This document shows positions 18,301-26,761 of a stretch of 64,000 bases of DNA, one piece after another. The stretch covers positions 2,144,001 through 2,208,000 of the forward strand of contig OY761159.2 of assembly GCA_963664395.2 (NCBI GenBank), in the 5' to 3' direction. Numbering within the stretch: the stretch's first letter is position 1; the number at the start of each line of letters is the position of its first letter. The position numbers and the translations under genes were made by a program. This DNA is from Candidatus Binatia bacterium. Its GTDB lineage: Bacteria > Desulfobacterota > Binatia > Bin18. The notes beneath the pieces were generated by a model that saw nothing but the letters and a program-made list of their open reading frames with translations, was not told the DNA's origin and did not search any database.

Positions 18301-18468
18301 ACTGCTCTGGGACTGCTCCCCCTCCTCCTCTCCCATGGCACGGGCAGTGAGGTGCAGCGCCCGCTGGCTACAGTTGTGGTGGGCGGTCTGATCTCCTCAA
18401 CCGTGCTCACCCTCCTGGTACTCCCCGCGTTGTATACGTGGAGTGAGCAACGGCACGCGCATGTGTGA
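15379..18468 (+). CDS. czcA: Heavy-metal RND efflux pump (CzcA/CusA family)
   Basis: LPVDAFPDVS, GLLVDGTIIMVEN, RLRPVLMTA and GSEVQRPLATVV. Confidence 0.92.
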   Translation: MDRIIQFSLSNRSLMAVLGVLLAVAGYRSYVHLPVDAFPDVSPNLVQVFTETEGLAPEDVEQYVTYPIEAVMNGLPLLERIRSVSNFGLSVVSVYFQDGTDIYFARQLVNERLQEAREQIPEGFGTPRLGPISTGMGLVLFYYLEDATGRYSLEELRTIQDWLVKFHLQTVPGVTAVLGIGGYEKQFQVAVHPELLLRAGVTISDVIVSIRENNLNVGAQFIEKNAEEFVVRSVGLASNVSDIESIVIKANDGTPFFLRELADVGVGGAIRRGVQTRNGLEEVVAGMVVKLFGANSSTVIEHVEAKMAEINRILPTGVTLVPYYEQKTLVTACVTTVRNALVEGVVLVVLVLMFFMGSFRSSVVVALSIPFSVLFATLWMGYFDISANLVSLGGLAIAIGLLVDGTIIMVENVDRMLREADADAPRSQVVARACSEVARPIVFAVAIIVIVFLPLFLLQGVEGKTFRPLAHTVVLAMCGSLVFALLLAPGLAATVMRRPRHADRAPSGGRVSRSLIYPYRPVVRLFVRWPVLAVLVVVLLVALGGAVFPLLGSEFTPRLQEGTLVLRLTMAPSISLRESQRVTMIVERRLMKIPEIAGVVTRIGRGEVGAHTDPINSAEMYIQLRPQEDWRTAQNQEQLEGVIRKELGRVPGVLTNFTQPIAMTVDELLEGVRAELAIKLFGDDLDILIAKGNEIASVTRRIRGATDVQVDQVAGMPQLVVRVNRQAVARYGMNVADVQQTVRAAVGGEVAGQIFEGSRRFAILVRFAPEYRSTSAAISNILVPGPGRVRVPLSELATIEEVVGPRQITRENNQRFLTIQCNVSGRDIGSFVAEAQAAIETQVHLPTGYLVTWGGQFRLQQEANKRLAIVIPLTLLIVFLLLFSSFQSLRNALLILLNIPLALVGGMVALWVTSQNFSVPASVGFIALFGIALENGMVLVTYLNQLVREGIAVDEAAIRGACLRLRPVLMTAITTALGLLPLLLSHGTGSEVQRPLATVVVGGLISSTVLTLLVLPALYTWSEQRHAHV

Positions 18469-18492
18469 AGATAGGAGGCATCATTCAGCCTC

Positions 18493-18562
18493 AGCCTTTT
18501 TGTCTCTTTTCAGAAGAGAAAATAACGCTGGGCGAGGGGCAGGACCTGAGCCGGTTCGCAGG
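18493..18562 (+). repeat. 70-bp direct repeat, right of czcCBA
   Basis: Copy of 12731-12800 that lacks the adjoining terminator hairpin. Confidence 0.92.
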
Positions 18563-18645
18563 TGAGTATTTCACCGTTCGCTTTGACGACGTACGTCTCC
18601 AGATTGACTTCTATCTCCGGCAGGGCCTGATGGCCAGGGCGGTCC

Positions 18646-18945
18646 GTCACGGTGCTCAATAGCGGAGACCGACCCATTCAGGTGGGTTCGCATTATCACT
18701 TCTTCGAGGCCAATCGCGCGCTGCGTTTTCCTCGGGCCACGACTTTTGGTCTGCGGCTTGATATTCCAGCCGGTACGGCCGTTCGTTTTGAGCCGGGAGA
18801 AGAGAAAAGCGTACAACTCGTCCCGTTTGGTGGACAACGGACGGTCTTCGGTTTGAACGGTTTGACCGAGGGGAATACACAGGATGCCAGCGTTCGACAG
18901 CAGGCGCTCCTCAGAGCGGCAGAGCAGGGCTTCCTGAAAGAGTAA
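18646..18945 (+). pseudogene. ureB: Urease beta subunit, 5'-truncated
   Basis: [23 protein letters not shown]...[15 protein letters not shown]. An in-frame TGA at 18628 means the usual N-terminal residues are absent. Confidence 0.85.
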
Positions 18946-19014
18946 ACGTGTCCTCCAATAAATATGCAGATGCTGGACACGTTTACTCTTTTCCTCAGAC
19001 GAAGATGAGGCTGT

Positions 19015-19632
19015 ATGACAGGCTATGCTGAAGTTCCCCGGCTCGGTATCGGCGGACCAGTCGGCTCGGGGAAGACAGAGCTGATTGAACACGTGGTGCC
19101 GTATCTTCAGGGGCAGGGAAAACAGCTCGCGGTTATCACCAATGACATTCTGACCCAGGAAGACGCCCAACGCCTGCGCAGTCGCGGCTTCCTCTCCCCG
19201 GACCGCATTGTCGGCGTTGAGACCGGCGCCTGCCCACACACGGTTATTCGCGAAGATCCGACCATGAATCTGGAAGCAGTCCGCCGGCTGGAGGAACAGT
19301 TCCCTGCCCTGGATCTCATTATCTTAGAGAGTGGCGGGGACAATCTGGCGTCAACGTATTCTCCGGAACTCGCCGACGCCTTTGTCTTTGTCATCGACGT
19401 TGCCGGGGGCGACGACATTCCACGCAAGCGGGGGCTGGGGATTACCCGCTCAGACCTGCTGGTTATCAACAAGGTCGATCTTGCTCCGCATGTCGGAGCA
19501 AATATTGAGGTGATGACCCAGGATGCACGTCAGGCGCGTGGTACGCGGCCCGTTCTTCTCACCAACTGTAAAACAGGGATGGGGATTACGGACGTGGGCG
19601 AGTGGATTGAACGCGAATTACTCTTTGTCTAG
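19015..19632 (+). CDS. ureG: Urease accessory GTPase UreG
   Basis: [23 protein letters not shown] and NKVD. Confidence 0.95.
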   Translation: MTGYAEVPRLGIGGPVGSGKTELIEHVVPYLQGQGKQLAVITNDILTQEDAQRLRSRGFLSPDRIVGVETGACPHTVIREDPTMNLEAVRRLEEQFPALDLIILESGGDNLASTYSPELADAFVFVIDVAGGDDIPRKRGLGITRSDLLVINKVDLAPHVGANIEVMTQDARQARGTRPVLLTNCKTGMGITDVGEWIERELLFV

Positions 19633-19645
19633 TGCTCTCTCCCCC

Positions 19646-20596
19646 ATGCCAGTGTCTGCGCATGACGCCTCCCGGCCGGGCCTCTCTCTTGATGCCGCCT
19701 TCTGGCCGCGCTCGTTTCAGGCCTATCTGTCTGACACACTCGATCAACGCCCGGCTGGTTCGGCTGGCAAGTCCGGCGCGTGCAAGCTGACCTTTGCAGC
19801 AGAGTCAGGAAAAACCCATCTTCAGCGCTCGTTTGTTTCCCATCCTTTCCATCTGACCCGTCCCTGGTATTTGGACCCGGCCTTGCCCGGTATGGCGGTG
19901 GTCTACGTCCAAACACCCGCGGGCGGACTAATTCAGGGCGATCGGGCAACGCTCCGGTTCGATCTGGGCGACGCGGCCCAAGTCCATATTACCAATCAGG
20001 CCGCAGAGAAGATTCACTCTATGACTGCCAACTGCGCACTGCAAAGCGTCTCGTTTGTTTTGGACGCAGGGGCCTATGCGGAGTATTGTCCCGAGCCCAT
20101 TATTCTCTTTCCCCGCGCGCGTTTCGGCCAGCAACTCCACGTCCAACTCGGCCGACAGGCGACCTTTTTCTTTTCCGAGATCTTTCTCATTCGTGGGGAC
20201 ATGACGCGAGAACCGTTTGAGGCACTCTCTACCAGCCTGAGCGTCACTGATGCTGCCGGCGCCCTACTCATACGAGAACACGGAGTCGTCCTCCCACTCC
20301 AGCAGCGCCTCACTGGCCCTGGCGTCCTGGGTCGCTATCACGTCTGGGGCCAAGCCGTCCTCGTTGGCCGATCGGTGACCGAGAGCTGGGCACGAGAAAT
20401 CCAAGGAAAGCTTCAAGAGGAATTGTTGCCTGACACAGCTCTCGTGGCCGGCACGACTGTCCTCCCAGAGGAATGCGGAATCTGCGTGAAAGTAGCAGGG
20501 ACAAGCGTTCCAGCGGTTCGACGGGTATTACGCCGAGCCTGGCACGGGCTGTGCCGGCGCCATCTCGGTGTTCCCGCACCAGACCTACCAAAATGA
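19646..20596 (+). CDS. ureD: Urease accessory protein UreD
   Basis: TPAGGLIQGD, ITNQAAEKIH and EYCPEPIILF. Confidence 0.9.
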   Translation: MPVSAHDASRPGLSLDAAFWPRSFQAYLSDTLDQRPAGSAGKSGACKLTFAAESGKTHLQRSFVSHPFHLTRPWYLDPALPGMAVVYVQTPAGGLIQGDRATLRFDLGDAAQVHITNQAAEKIHSMTANCALQSVSFVLDAGAYAEYCPEPIILFPRARFGQQLHVQLGRQATFFFSEIFLIRGDMTREPFEALSTSLSVTDAAGALLIREHGVVLPLQQRLTGPGVLGRYHVWGQAVLVGRSVTESWAREIQGKLQEELLPDTALVAGTTVLPEECGICVKVAGTSVPAVRRVLRRAWHGLCRRHLGVPAPDLPK

Positions 20597-20597
20597 G

Positions 20598-20659
20598 GAA
20601 CGGAGGCCACGCATGCTGCGCATCAGTCATCGTCTCGGGAATGTCCATCAGGATTCCGA
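20598..20659 (+). repeat. Displaced RBS and 5' end of ureE (left island boundary)
   Basis: ATG 20613 encodes MLRISHRLGNVHQDS, an imperfect copy of 31507-31568 (MLRVSHHLGNIHQDS). Confidence 0.85.
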
Positions 20660-20679
20660 AGGGGTAGTATGACGACGGA

Positions 20680-23193
20680 ATGAACGAAGCCACCGCCCGT
20701 ATCAAAATCAACAAGCTGCTCGAAGCAGCCGGCTGGGGTTTCTTTGCCGACGGCGACCAACCTGCCAACATCCGTCTTGAGCCAAGCGTTACGATAAAGG
20801 CGTCCGATCTCGACGCGCTTGGTAACGACTTCGATAAAACCGCTAAGGGCTTTATTGACTTTCTGCTGCTCGATACCAAGGGCTTCCCGCTCATCGTGCT
20901 GGAGGCCAAAGCCGAGGACAGGAATCCCCTGGTCGGCAAGGAGCAGGCGCGTAAATACGCTCGCTCGCTGAACTGCCGTTTCGTTATGCTCTCCAACGGA
21001 AATCTGCACTACTTCTGGGACCTGGAGCGCGGTAATCCCTACCTCATCACTACCTTTCCCACACCGGACTCGGTGGCCGGCTATGCGAGTGCCTCACCCG
21101 ACCCGCAGCGTCTGGTCAATGAACAGGTCAACGACGACTATATCGTCCTCACCCAGCGTCTCGGCTACGCATCCGAGGCAGCCTGGAAGAACGAAGACGA
21201 GCGCCCCGGCTTCATCCAGGCTAACAGACTTCGTTTTTTGCGGCCCTATCAACTGAGAGCCGTATACGCCCTGCAACGCGCGGTACACCAGGGCAAAGAC
21301 CGCTTTCTGTTCGAGATGGCGACCGGCACCGGCAAGACGCTCACCGCCGCAGCGGTCATCAGGCTATTCCTGCGCTCTGCCAACGCTCGGCGCGTGTTGT
21401 TTCTGGTGGACCGCCTGGAACTGGAGGAGCAGGCCAGAAAGGTTTTTGCGGCCCTGCTGTCCGCGGACTTCCAGACGGTCATTTACAAGGAGAAGCGTGA
21501 CGACTGGCGGCGGGCCGAGATCGTCGTCAGTACCGTTCAATCTCTGCTGTTCAATAACAAATACCAACAGCTTTTCTCGCCGACGGACTTTGACTTGGTG
21601 ATCTCCGACGAGGCGCACCGCTCGATTGGCGGCAATGCTCGGGCGGTATTCGACTATTTCGTTGGCTACAAGCTCGGTCTGACCGCCACGCCCCGCGATT
21701 ACTTACGGAGCTTCGACCAGACCAAGCGCACGACGCGGGACCCGCGTGAGGCCGAGCGTCGGCTGCTGCTGGACACCTATCGTACTTTCGGCTGCGAGAG
21801 CGGACAGCCAACCTTTCGCTACTCACTGCTCGACGGTGTCAGGGAGGGCTTTCTGATCAACCCCACGGTGGTGGACGCGCGGACGGAAGTCACCACCCAA
21901 CTCCTCTCCGAAGAGGGCTTTGTTGTGTCGTTCACCGAGGGCAGCGGTGAGGATCAGCAGGAAGCGTACAAGCAGCGCGAGTTCGAGAAACGCTTCTTTT
22001 CCGAAGCCACCAACCAACTTTTCTGTAAGACTTTTCTTGAGAACGCGCTACGCGACCCGATCAGCGGAGAGATCGGCAAATCCATTATCTTTGCCGTCAG
22101 CCAGCACCACGCGGCCAGGCTGACGCAAATCCTCAACCAGATGACCGAGCGTATGTTTCCCGGCAAGTACCAGTCCGATTTCGCCGTACAGGTTACCTCG
22201 CAGATACCCGACGCCCAGCAGTTCACCATCAACTTTGCCAACAACAACCTGATCGGCTCGGGCAACTTCCTGCCCGACTACAAGACCGGCAAGGCCCGTA
22301 TCTGCGTCACGGTCGGCATGATGACGACCGGGTACGACTGCACCGATATCCTGAATCTCGGCATGTTCCGGCCTATCTTCTCACCCACCGATTTCGTCCA
22401 GATCAAGGGACGGGGCACGCGCAAGCACGATTTTCGCGACCAACTTTTCGACATCGGCCTCAAGGACGCCGTCACCCAGCCACACAAAACCGCTTTCAAG
22501 CTGTTCGACTTCTTCGGCAACTGCGAATACTTCGAGGACGAGTTCAACTACGACGAAGTCCTCAAGCTGCCTCGACCTCGGGCTCAGGGGAACGGCGACG
22601 GCCCGCAACCCTACGGAACTTACGAGCATCTGGGCCGCGACATCCTCGAAGAAATTGCAGAAGAAACCATCGGCCTGGAGGGGATGAGGATAGACCGGAT
22701 GTTCTTCGACCGGTTCGCGGACGCAGTGCGACAAGACGAGACCATCGCGCAGGCCGTCGAAGCCGGCCAGTGGGACCGCGTTATGGACTACATCAACCGC
22801 GAAGTCTTCGACAAACCCGAGGAGTACTATACTCTTGCCAAACTGCGCAAAGCTGCCGCCGTGGACCGCCGCCTGACCCTGCGTGAAATTCTGGAAAAGG
22901 TTTTTGACATCATCCCGCGCTTCAAACCCAAGGACGAACTGCTGGAAGAAGAATTCACCAAGTTTGTCGCCGACCATACCCCGCCACGGGCTGACTCCAT
23001 TGCGGCTATCAAGGCCTACTTCAAAGCATACGCCACCGACGGCTACACTCGTGACATCATCGACACCCGGCAGTTCTCCAGGCTGGCCACCTCTCCGGTC
23101 TTTTCCATTGGCGACTATCGGGCCGTGCCGGAGAAATATCGCGCGATCATTCCCGAGTACGTGAAGGACTACGTGTCGTTGAACCAGTTCTGA
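20680..23193 (+). CDS. hsdR: Type I restriction endonuclease subunit R
   Basis: IDFLL..LEAK nuclease motif, MATGTGKT, DEAH, GLTATP and QIKGRGTR. Confidence 0.9.
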   Translation: MNEATARIKINKLLEAAGWGFFADGDQPANIRLEPSVTIKASDLDALGNDFDKTAKGFIDFLLLDTKGFPLIVLEAKAEDRNPLVGKEQARKYARSLNCRFVMLSNGNLHYFWDLERGNPYLITTFPTPDSVAGYASASPDPQRLVNEQVNDDYIVLTQRLGYASEAAWKNEDERPGFIQANRLRFLRPYQLRAVYALQRAVHQGKDRFLFEMATGTGKTLTAAAVIRLFLRSANARRVLFLVDRLELEEQARKVFAALLSADFQTVIYKEKRDDWRRAEIVVSTVQSLLFNNKYQQLFSPTDFDLVISDEAHRSIGGNARAVFDYFVGYKLGLTATPRDYLRSFDQTKRTTRDPREAERRLLLDTYRTFGCESGQPTFRYSLLDGVREGFLINPTVVDARTEVTTQLLSEEGFVVSFTEGSGEDQQEAYKQREFEKRFFSEATNQLFCKTFLENALRDPISGEIGKSIIFAVSQHHAARLTQILNQMTERMFPGKYQSDFAVQVTSQIPDAQQFTINFANNNLIGSGNFLPDYKTGKARICVTVGMMTTGYDCTDILNLGMFRPIFSPTDFVQIKGRGTRKHDFRDQLFDIGLKDAVTQPHKTAFKLFDFFGNCEYFEDEFNYDEVLKLPRPRAQGNGDGPQPYGTYEHLGRDILEEIAEETIGLEGMRIDRMFFDRFADAVRQDETIAQAVEAGQWDRVMDYINREVFDKPEEYYTLAKLRKAAAVDRRLTLREILEKVFDIIPRFKPKDELLEEEFTKFVADHTPPRADSIAAIKAYFKAYATDGYTRDIIDTRQFSRLATSPVFSIGDYRAVPEKYRAIIPEYVKDYVSLNQF

Positions 23194-23415
23194 ACTGTGA
23201 TTGAATGGGATTTTTGGGATTGATGGGATGCAGAAGGAGCATAAGTTTCGGAGTTGACCGGCCAGATCATCGGGTGTGCTATGACGGTGCATTCCGCGCT
23301 GGGCAATGGGTTTCAGAACGAGTCACCAACAAGAAGTTCAACCAAAAAAATCAACGCAATCCCAAAATCCCCTAAATCCTGTTAATCCTACCAATCCCAC
23401 AAATCACAGTTCAGA
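23189..23415 (+). mobile_element. Inverted-repeat-bounded mini-element carrying an internally deleted GxxExxY gene
   Basis: Perfect 14-bp IR TCTGAACTGTGATT/AATCACAGTTCAGA, subterminal GGGAT/ATCC repeats, and internal ELTGQIIGCAMTVHSALGNGFQ. Confidence 0.7.
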
Positions 23416-23417
23416 CT

Positions 23418-26009
23418 ATGTTAGACACCACCACCAAACGCCGGATTGACACCGCCCGCGACCTCCTCGTCGGCAAGGTGCCTGACCCCAAGAGTCAGGT
23501 CGAACAGATTACCATTGCGCTCATCTACAAGTTCATGGATGACATTGACGCCGAGAGCGAAGAGTTCGGCGGCACGCGTACCTTCTTCGCCGATGACTTC
23601 GCCCGTTACGGCTGGGCCAAACTGATGTACTCCGGCCTGGGCGGAAACGAGATTCTCAATCTTTACGCCGAGGCCATTACCCGAATGCCGGAGAACCCCG
23701 GTATCCCGCCGCTGTTCCGCGATATTTTCAAGAACGCCTATCTGCCCTACCGCGACCCCGAGACCCTGCGCGGCTTTCTCAAGGTGATTGACGAGTTTAC
23801 CTACGACCACTCCGAACGCCTGGGTGATGCCTTCGAGTATCTGCTGTCCGTACTCGGCTCTCAGGGCGATGCCGGGCAGTTCCGCACCCCACGGCACATC
23901 ATCGACTTTATCGTGGCCGTCATTGACCCCAAAAAGAATGAAACCATCCTCGACCCGGCCTGCGGTACCGCCGGATTTCTGATCTCCTCGTACAAACACA
24001 TCCTGAAGGCAAACACCGACGCCGACGGTCACAGCACTTTGACCCCGGACGAAAGGGGCCGATTGGCAACCAATTTTCAGGGTTACGACATCTCGCCCGA
24101 CATGGTGCGCCTGTCGCTGGTCAATATGTATCTGCACGGCTTTGTCGCCCCGCATATCTTCGAGTACGACGCCCTGACCAGCCAGGAGCGTTGGAACGAG
24201 TACGCCGACGTGATTCTGGCCAACCCGCCGTTCATGTCGCCCAAAGGCGGCATCCGGCCCCACAATCACTTCTCGGTGCAGTCCAAACGCAGCGAAGTAC
24301 TGTTTGTAGACTACATGGCCGAGCATCTGACGCCCAACGGCCGCGCTGGCATCATCGTGCCCGAGGGCATCATTTTTCAGAGCCAGAACGCTTACAAGCA
24401 ACTGCGCAAGATGCTGATAGAGGACTATCTGGTGGCGGTGGTATCGCTGCCGGCGGGTGTGTTCCAACCCTACTCCGGCGTCAAGACTTCGATTCTGATT
24501 CTGGACAAGGTGTTAGCCAAGAAAGCCGACCGCATCGCCTTCTTCAAGGTAGAAAACGACGGCTTCGGCCTGGGGGCGCAACGCCGCCCGATTGACAGGA
24601 ATGACTTGCCGCAGGTGCAAAAGGAGCTGGGCGAATATCTTGGAAGGCTGCGGGCTGGCGAATCGGTGGACGATTTCCAGCCAGCGTTGACGGACCGCGT
24701 AGCCGAACCAGGGGCGGAGTACACGAAGAGCGAATCGACACACGGGCTCATCGCCGAGAAGGAGAAGATTGCTGCGAGTGGAGAGTATAATCTGAGCGGG
24801 GAGCGGTATCGGGAGAATCGGGTACGCAATCACGCGTTCCCTTTAGTTTCCATTGGAGATTCAGAACTTTTCCGTGTCGAAAGTGGTGGTACGCCAAAAT
24901 CCGATGTGAAGGAATACTGGAGTGGCAGCATTCCTTGGGCGACGTTGGTTGATTTGCCTGCAACCAATTTTATCACCGAGATTAGGGCTACTCAGCGTAC
25001 CATTACCGAACTTGGCTTAAATAAGTCCTCAGCGAAGCTGATTCCAGAAAATTCTGTCATCGTTTCGACCCGGGCGACTATTGGGAGAATCGCCATCAAC
25101 CGTATACCACTAGCGACCAACCAGGGGTTCAAGAACGTCGTTATCAAGGACCTGAACAAAGTTCTCCCCGAATATGTCGCACTCACGTTGACAAAGCTTG
25201 TGCCCACGATGGAAGCCCAGGCGAGCGGTGGCACCTTCAAAGAGATTTCCAAGTCGAGGTTCTGTGGGCTACAAATCCCCCTACCGCCGCTGGAAGTGCA
25301 GCGGGAAATTGTGGCCGAGATTGAAGGCTACCAAAAAGTGATTGACGGGGCGCGGATGGTAGTGGAGAACTATCGGCCTCATATTGTAGTTGATCCTGAG
25401 TGGCCGATGATTCCGCTTAGTGATGCGTGTGAGTTAATCATGGACGGGACTCACTTTTCTCCGAAGAATATGGAACAAGGCGCACGGCTGTACCTCACCT
25501 CCAAGAATGTTAGAGAAAACCACCTTGACCTTTCCAAAGTCAGTTACGTGACTGAAGCAGACCACAAATCCATTTATGCGCGCTGCCCAGTTCAAAAGGG
25601 AGATGTTCTCTACGTCAAGGATGGAGCGAACACGGGTCTTACGGCCATAAACACTCTGGATGAAAAATTCTCACTACTCTCAAGTGTCGCAGTCTTACGG
25701 GGAAAGCGGAATTACCTTGATAACCAATTCTTGTGTCTCTTTCTGAATACCCCCGACGGTCGGAGCAGGTTACTTTCCATGATGTCAGGCGTAGCTATCA
25801 GAAGGCTGACGTTGACGAAGATCAATCAGGCTCAGATTCCTTTGCCACCTATTCAAGACCAGAAGAGAATAGTTCAGGAGATCGAAGCCGAGCAAGCTGC
25901 CGTCGACGCCAACCGTGAACTGATTGAGCGATTTGAGAAGAAGATTCAGGCGGCGGTGGGGCGGGTGTGGGGAGAAACCGAAGTCGTAGGTCGGACTAGC
26001 TCGGCGTAA
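23418..26009 (+). CDS. hsdM: Type I RM fused methyltransferase-specificity subunit (HsdM-HsdS)
   Basis: GQFRTP, DPACGTAGFL and NPPF, followed by two TRD-CR units (IPLPPLEVQREIV, IPLPPIQDQKRIV). Confidence 0.9.
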   Translation: MLDTTTKRRIDTARDLLVGKVPDPKSQVEQITIALIYKFMDDIDAESEEFGGTRTFFADDFARYGWAKLMYSGLGGNEILNLYAEAITRMPENPGIPPLFRDIFKNAYLPYRDPETLRGFLKVIDEFTYDHSERLGDAFEYLLSVLGSQGDAGQFRTPRHIIDFIVAVIDPKKNETILDPACGTAGFLISSYKHILKANTDADGHSTLTPDERGRLATNFQGYDISPDMVRLSLVNMYLHGFVAPHIFEYDALTSQERWNEYADVILANPPFMSPKGGIRPHNHFSVQSKRSEVLFVDYMAEHLTPNGRAGIIVPEGIIFQSQNAYKQLRKMLIEDYLVAVVSLPAGVFQPYSGVKTSILILDKVLAKKADRIAFFKVENDGFGLGAQRRPIDRNDLPQVQKELGEYLGRLRAGESVDDFQPALTDRVAEPGAEYTKSESTHGLIAEKEKIAASGEYNLSGERYRENRVRNHAFPLVSIGDSELFRVESGGTPKSDVKEYWSGSIPWATLVDLPATNFITEIRATQRTITELGLNKSSAKLIPENSVIVSTRATIGRIAINRIPLATNQGFKNVVIKDLNKVLPEYVALTLTKLVPTMEAQASGGTFKEISKSRFCGLQIPLPPLEVQREIVAEIEGYQKVIDGARMVVENYRPHIVVDPEWPMIPLSDACELIMDGTHFSPKNMEQGARLYLTSKNVRENHLDLSKVSYVTEADHKSIYARCPVQKGDVLYVKDGANTGLTAINTLDEKFSLLSSVAVLRGKRNYLDNQFLCLFLNTPDGRSRLLSMMSGVAIRRLTLTKINQAQIPLPPIQDQKRIVQEIEAEQAAVDANRELIERFEKKIQAAVGRVWGETEVVGRTSSA

Positions 26010-26056
26010 TCCGACAAGGGAGGTGGGGTGGGTGAAGGCTGAAGTGGAGACGGGGG

Positions 26057-26260
26057 ATGCCAAAAGTTAGAGACGCGATTAGGCTCATAGAGCGAGAGGG
26101 CTGGGAATTGGTCCGTACCCGTGGAAGTCACAGGCAATATCGCCACTCCAAAAAATCGGGAACCGTTACGATAGCAGGCCGAATGAGTAAGGACCTTGCG
26201 CCTAAAACTTGGGCGAGTATTCTCAAACAAGCAGGAATAGACAGAGGAGAATCGCTGTGA
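26057..26260 (+). CDS. hicA: HicA-family toxin
   Basis: EREGWELVRTRGSHRQYRH..KSGTVTI...SILKQAG. Confidence 0.92.
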   Translation: MPKVRDAIRLIEREGWELVRTRGSHRQYRHSKKSGTVTIAGRMSKDLAPKTWASILKQAGIDRGESL

Positions 26261-26487
26261 AATACGCCATCCTCATTGAAAGAACCGACAACGGCTACTC
26301 TGCCTATGTGCCCGATTTACCCGGTTGTATCGCCGCCGCAGATACAAAAACCGCAGTGGAAGAACTGATCCGCGAAGCTATCAGCCTCCACCTCGAATCC
26401 CTCCACGAACACGGCGACCCAATTCCTGAACCGCACACAACCGCTGCTCTCATTGAGGTCCAACCTTTCTCCGATTCGTTTGTTTGA
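26257..26487 (+). CDS. hicB: HicB-family antitoxin
   Basis: GTG start overlaps the hicA stop; YSAYVPDLPGCIA...EAISLHLE...PIPEP. Confidence 0.9.
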   Translation: MKYAILIERTDNGYSAYVPDLPGCIAAADTKTAVEELIREAISLHLESLHEHGDPIPEPHTTAALIEVQPFSDSFV

Positions 26488-26526
26488 GATGGCGGGACGG
26501 GCGCCAGTCTTACGGTCCTGCTGGGG

Positions 26527-26560
26527 AGGTTGGGTGACGCCTTCGGCTCACCCAACCTAC
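26527..26560 (-). repeat. GTAG-family REP-like palindrome
   Basis: Reverse strand reads GTAGGTTGGGTGAGCCGAAGGCGTCACCCAACCT. Confidence 0.75.
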
Positions 26561-26565
26561 GGGCT

Positions 26566-26703
26566 AAAATTCCGATGTCGAATCTTGAAACCCAAGGTGC
26601 CATTGTCGCAGAAATTGAAGCCAAACAATCGCTAGTCAACGCCAACCGTGAACTGCTTGAACGATTTGAGAAGAAGATTCGGGCGGCGGGGGGGCGGAGA
26701 TAA
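26566..26703 (+). pseudogene. Orphan hsdS 3' conserved-region fragment (copy 2)
   Basis: KIPMSNLETQGAIVAEIEAKQSLVNANRELLERFEKKIRAAGGR. Confidence 0.85.
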
Positions 26704-26761
26704 GACAAAGGGCGCGGACTAACCTCAAACCGGATTATTTTGGGAAAGCGGGCAGGAACGC

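Larger units (their letters stand above)
25878..26488 (+). repeat. ~610-bp direct repeat copy 1 (hsdS 3' end + REP + hicAB)
   Basis: Repeated at 30894-31504 (offset 5016). Confidence 0.92.

Noticed and set aside
23421-24467. Long antisense ORFs (also 22381-23292, 9706-10494, 59588-60415, 60955-61731)
   Set aside because: They are shadows of well-supported genes on the opposite strand in GC-rich DNA and have no motifs.
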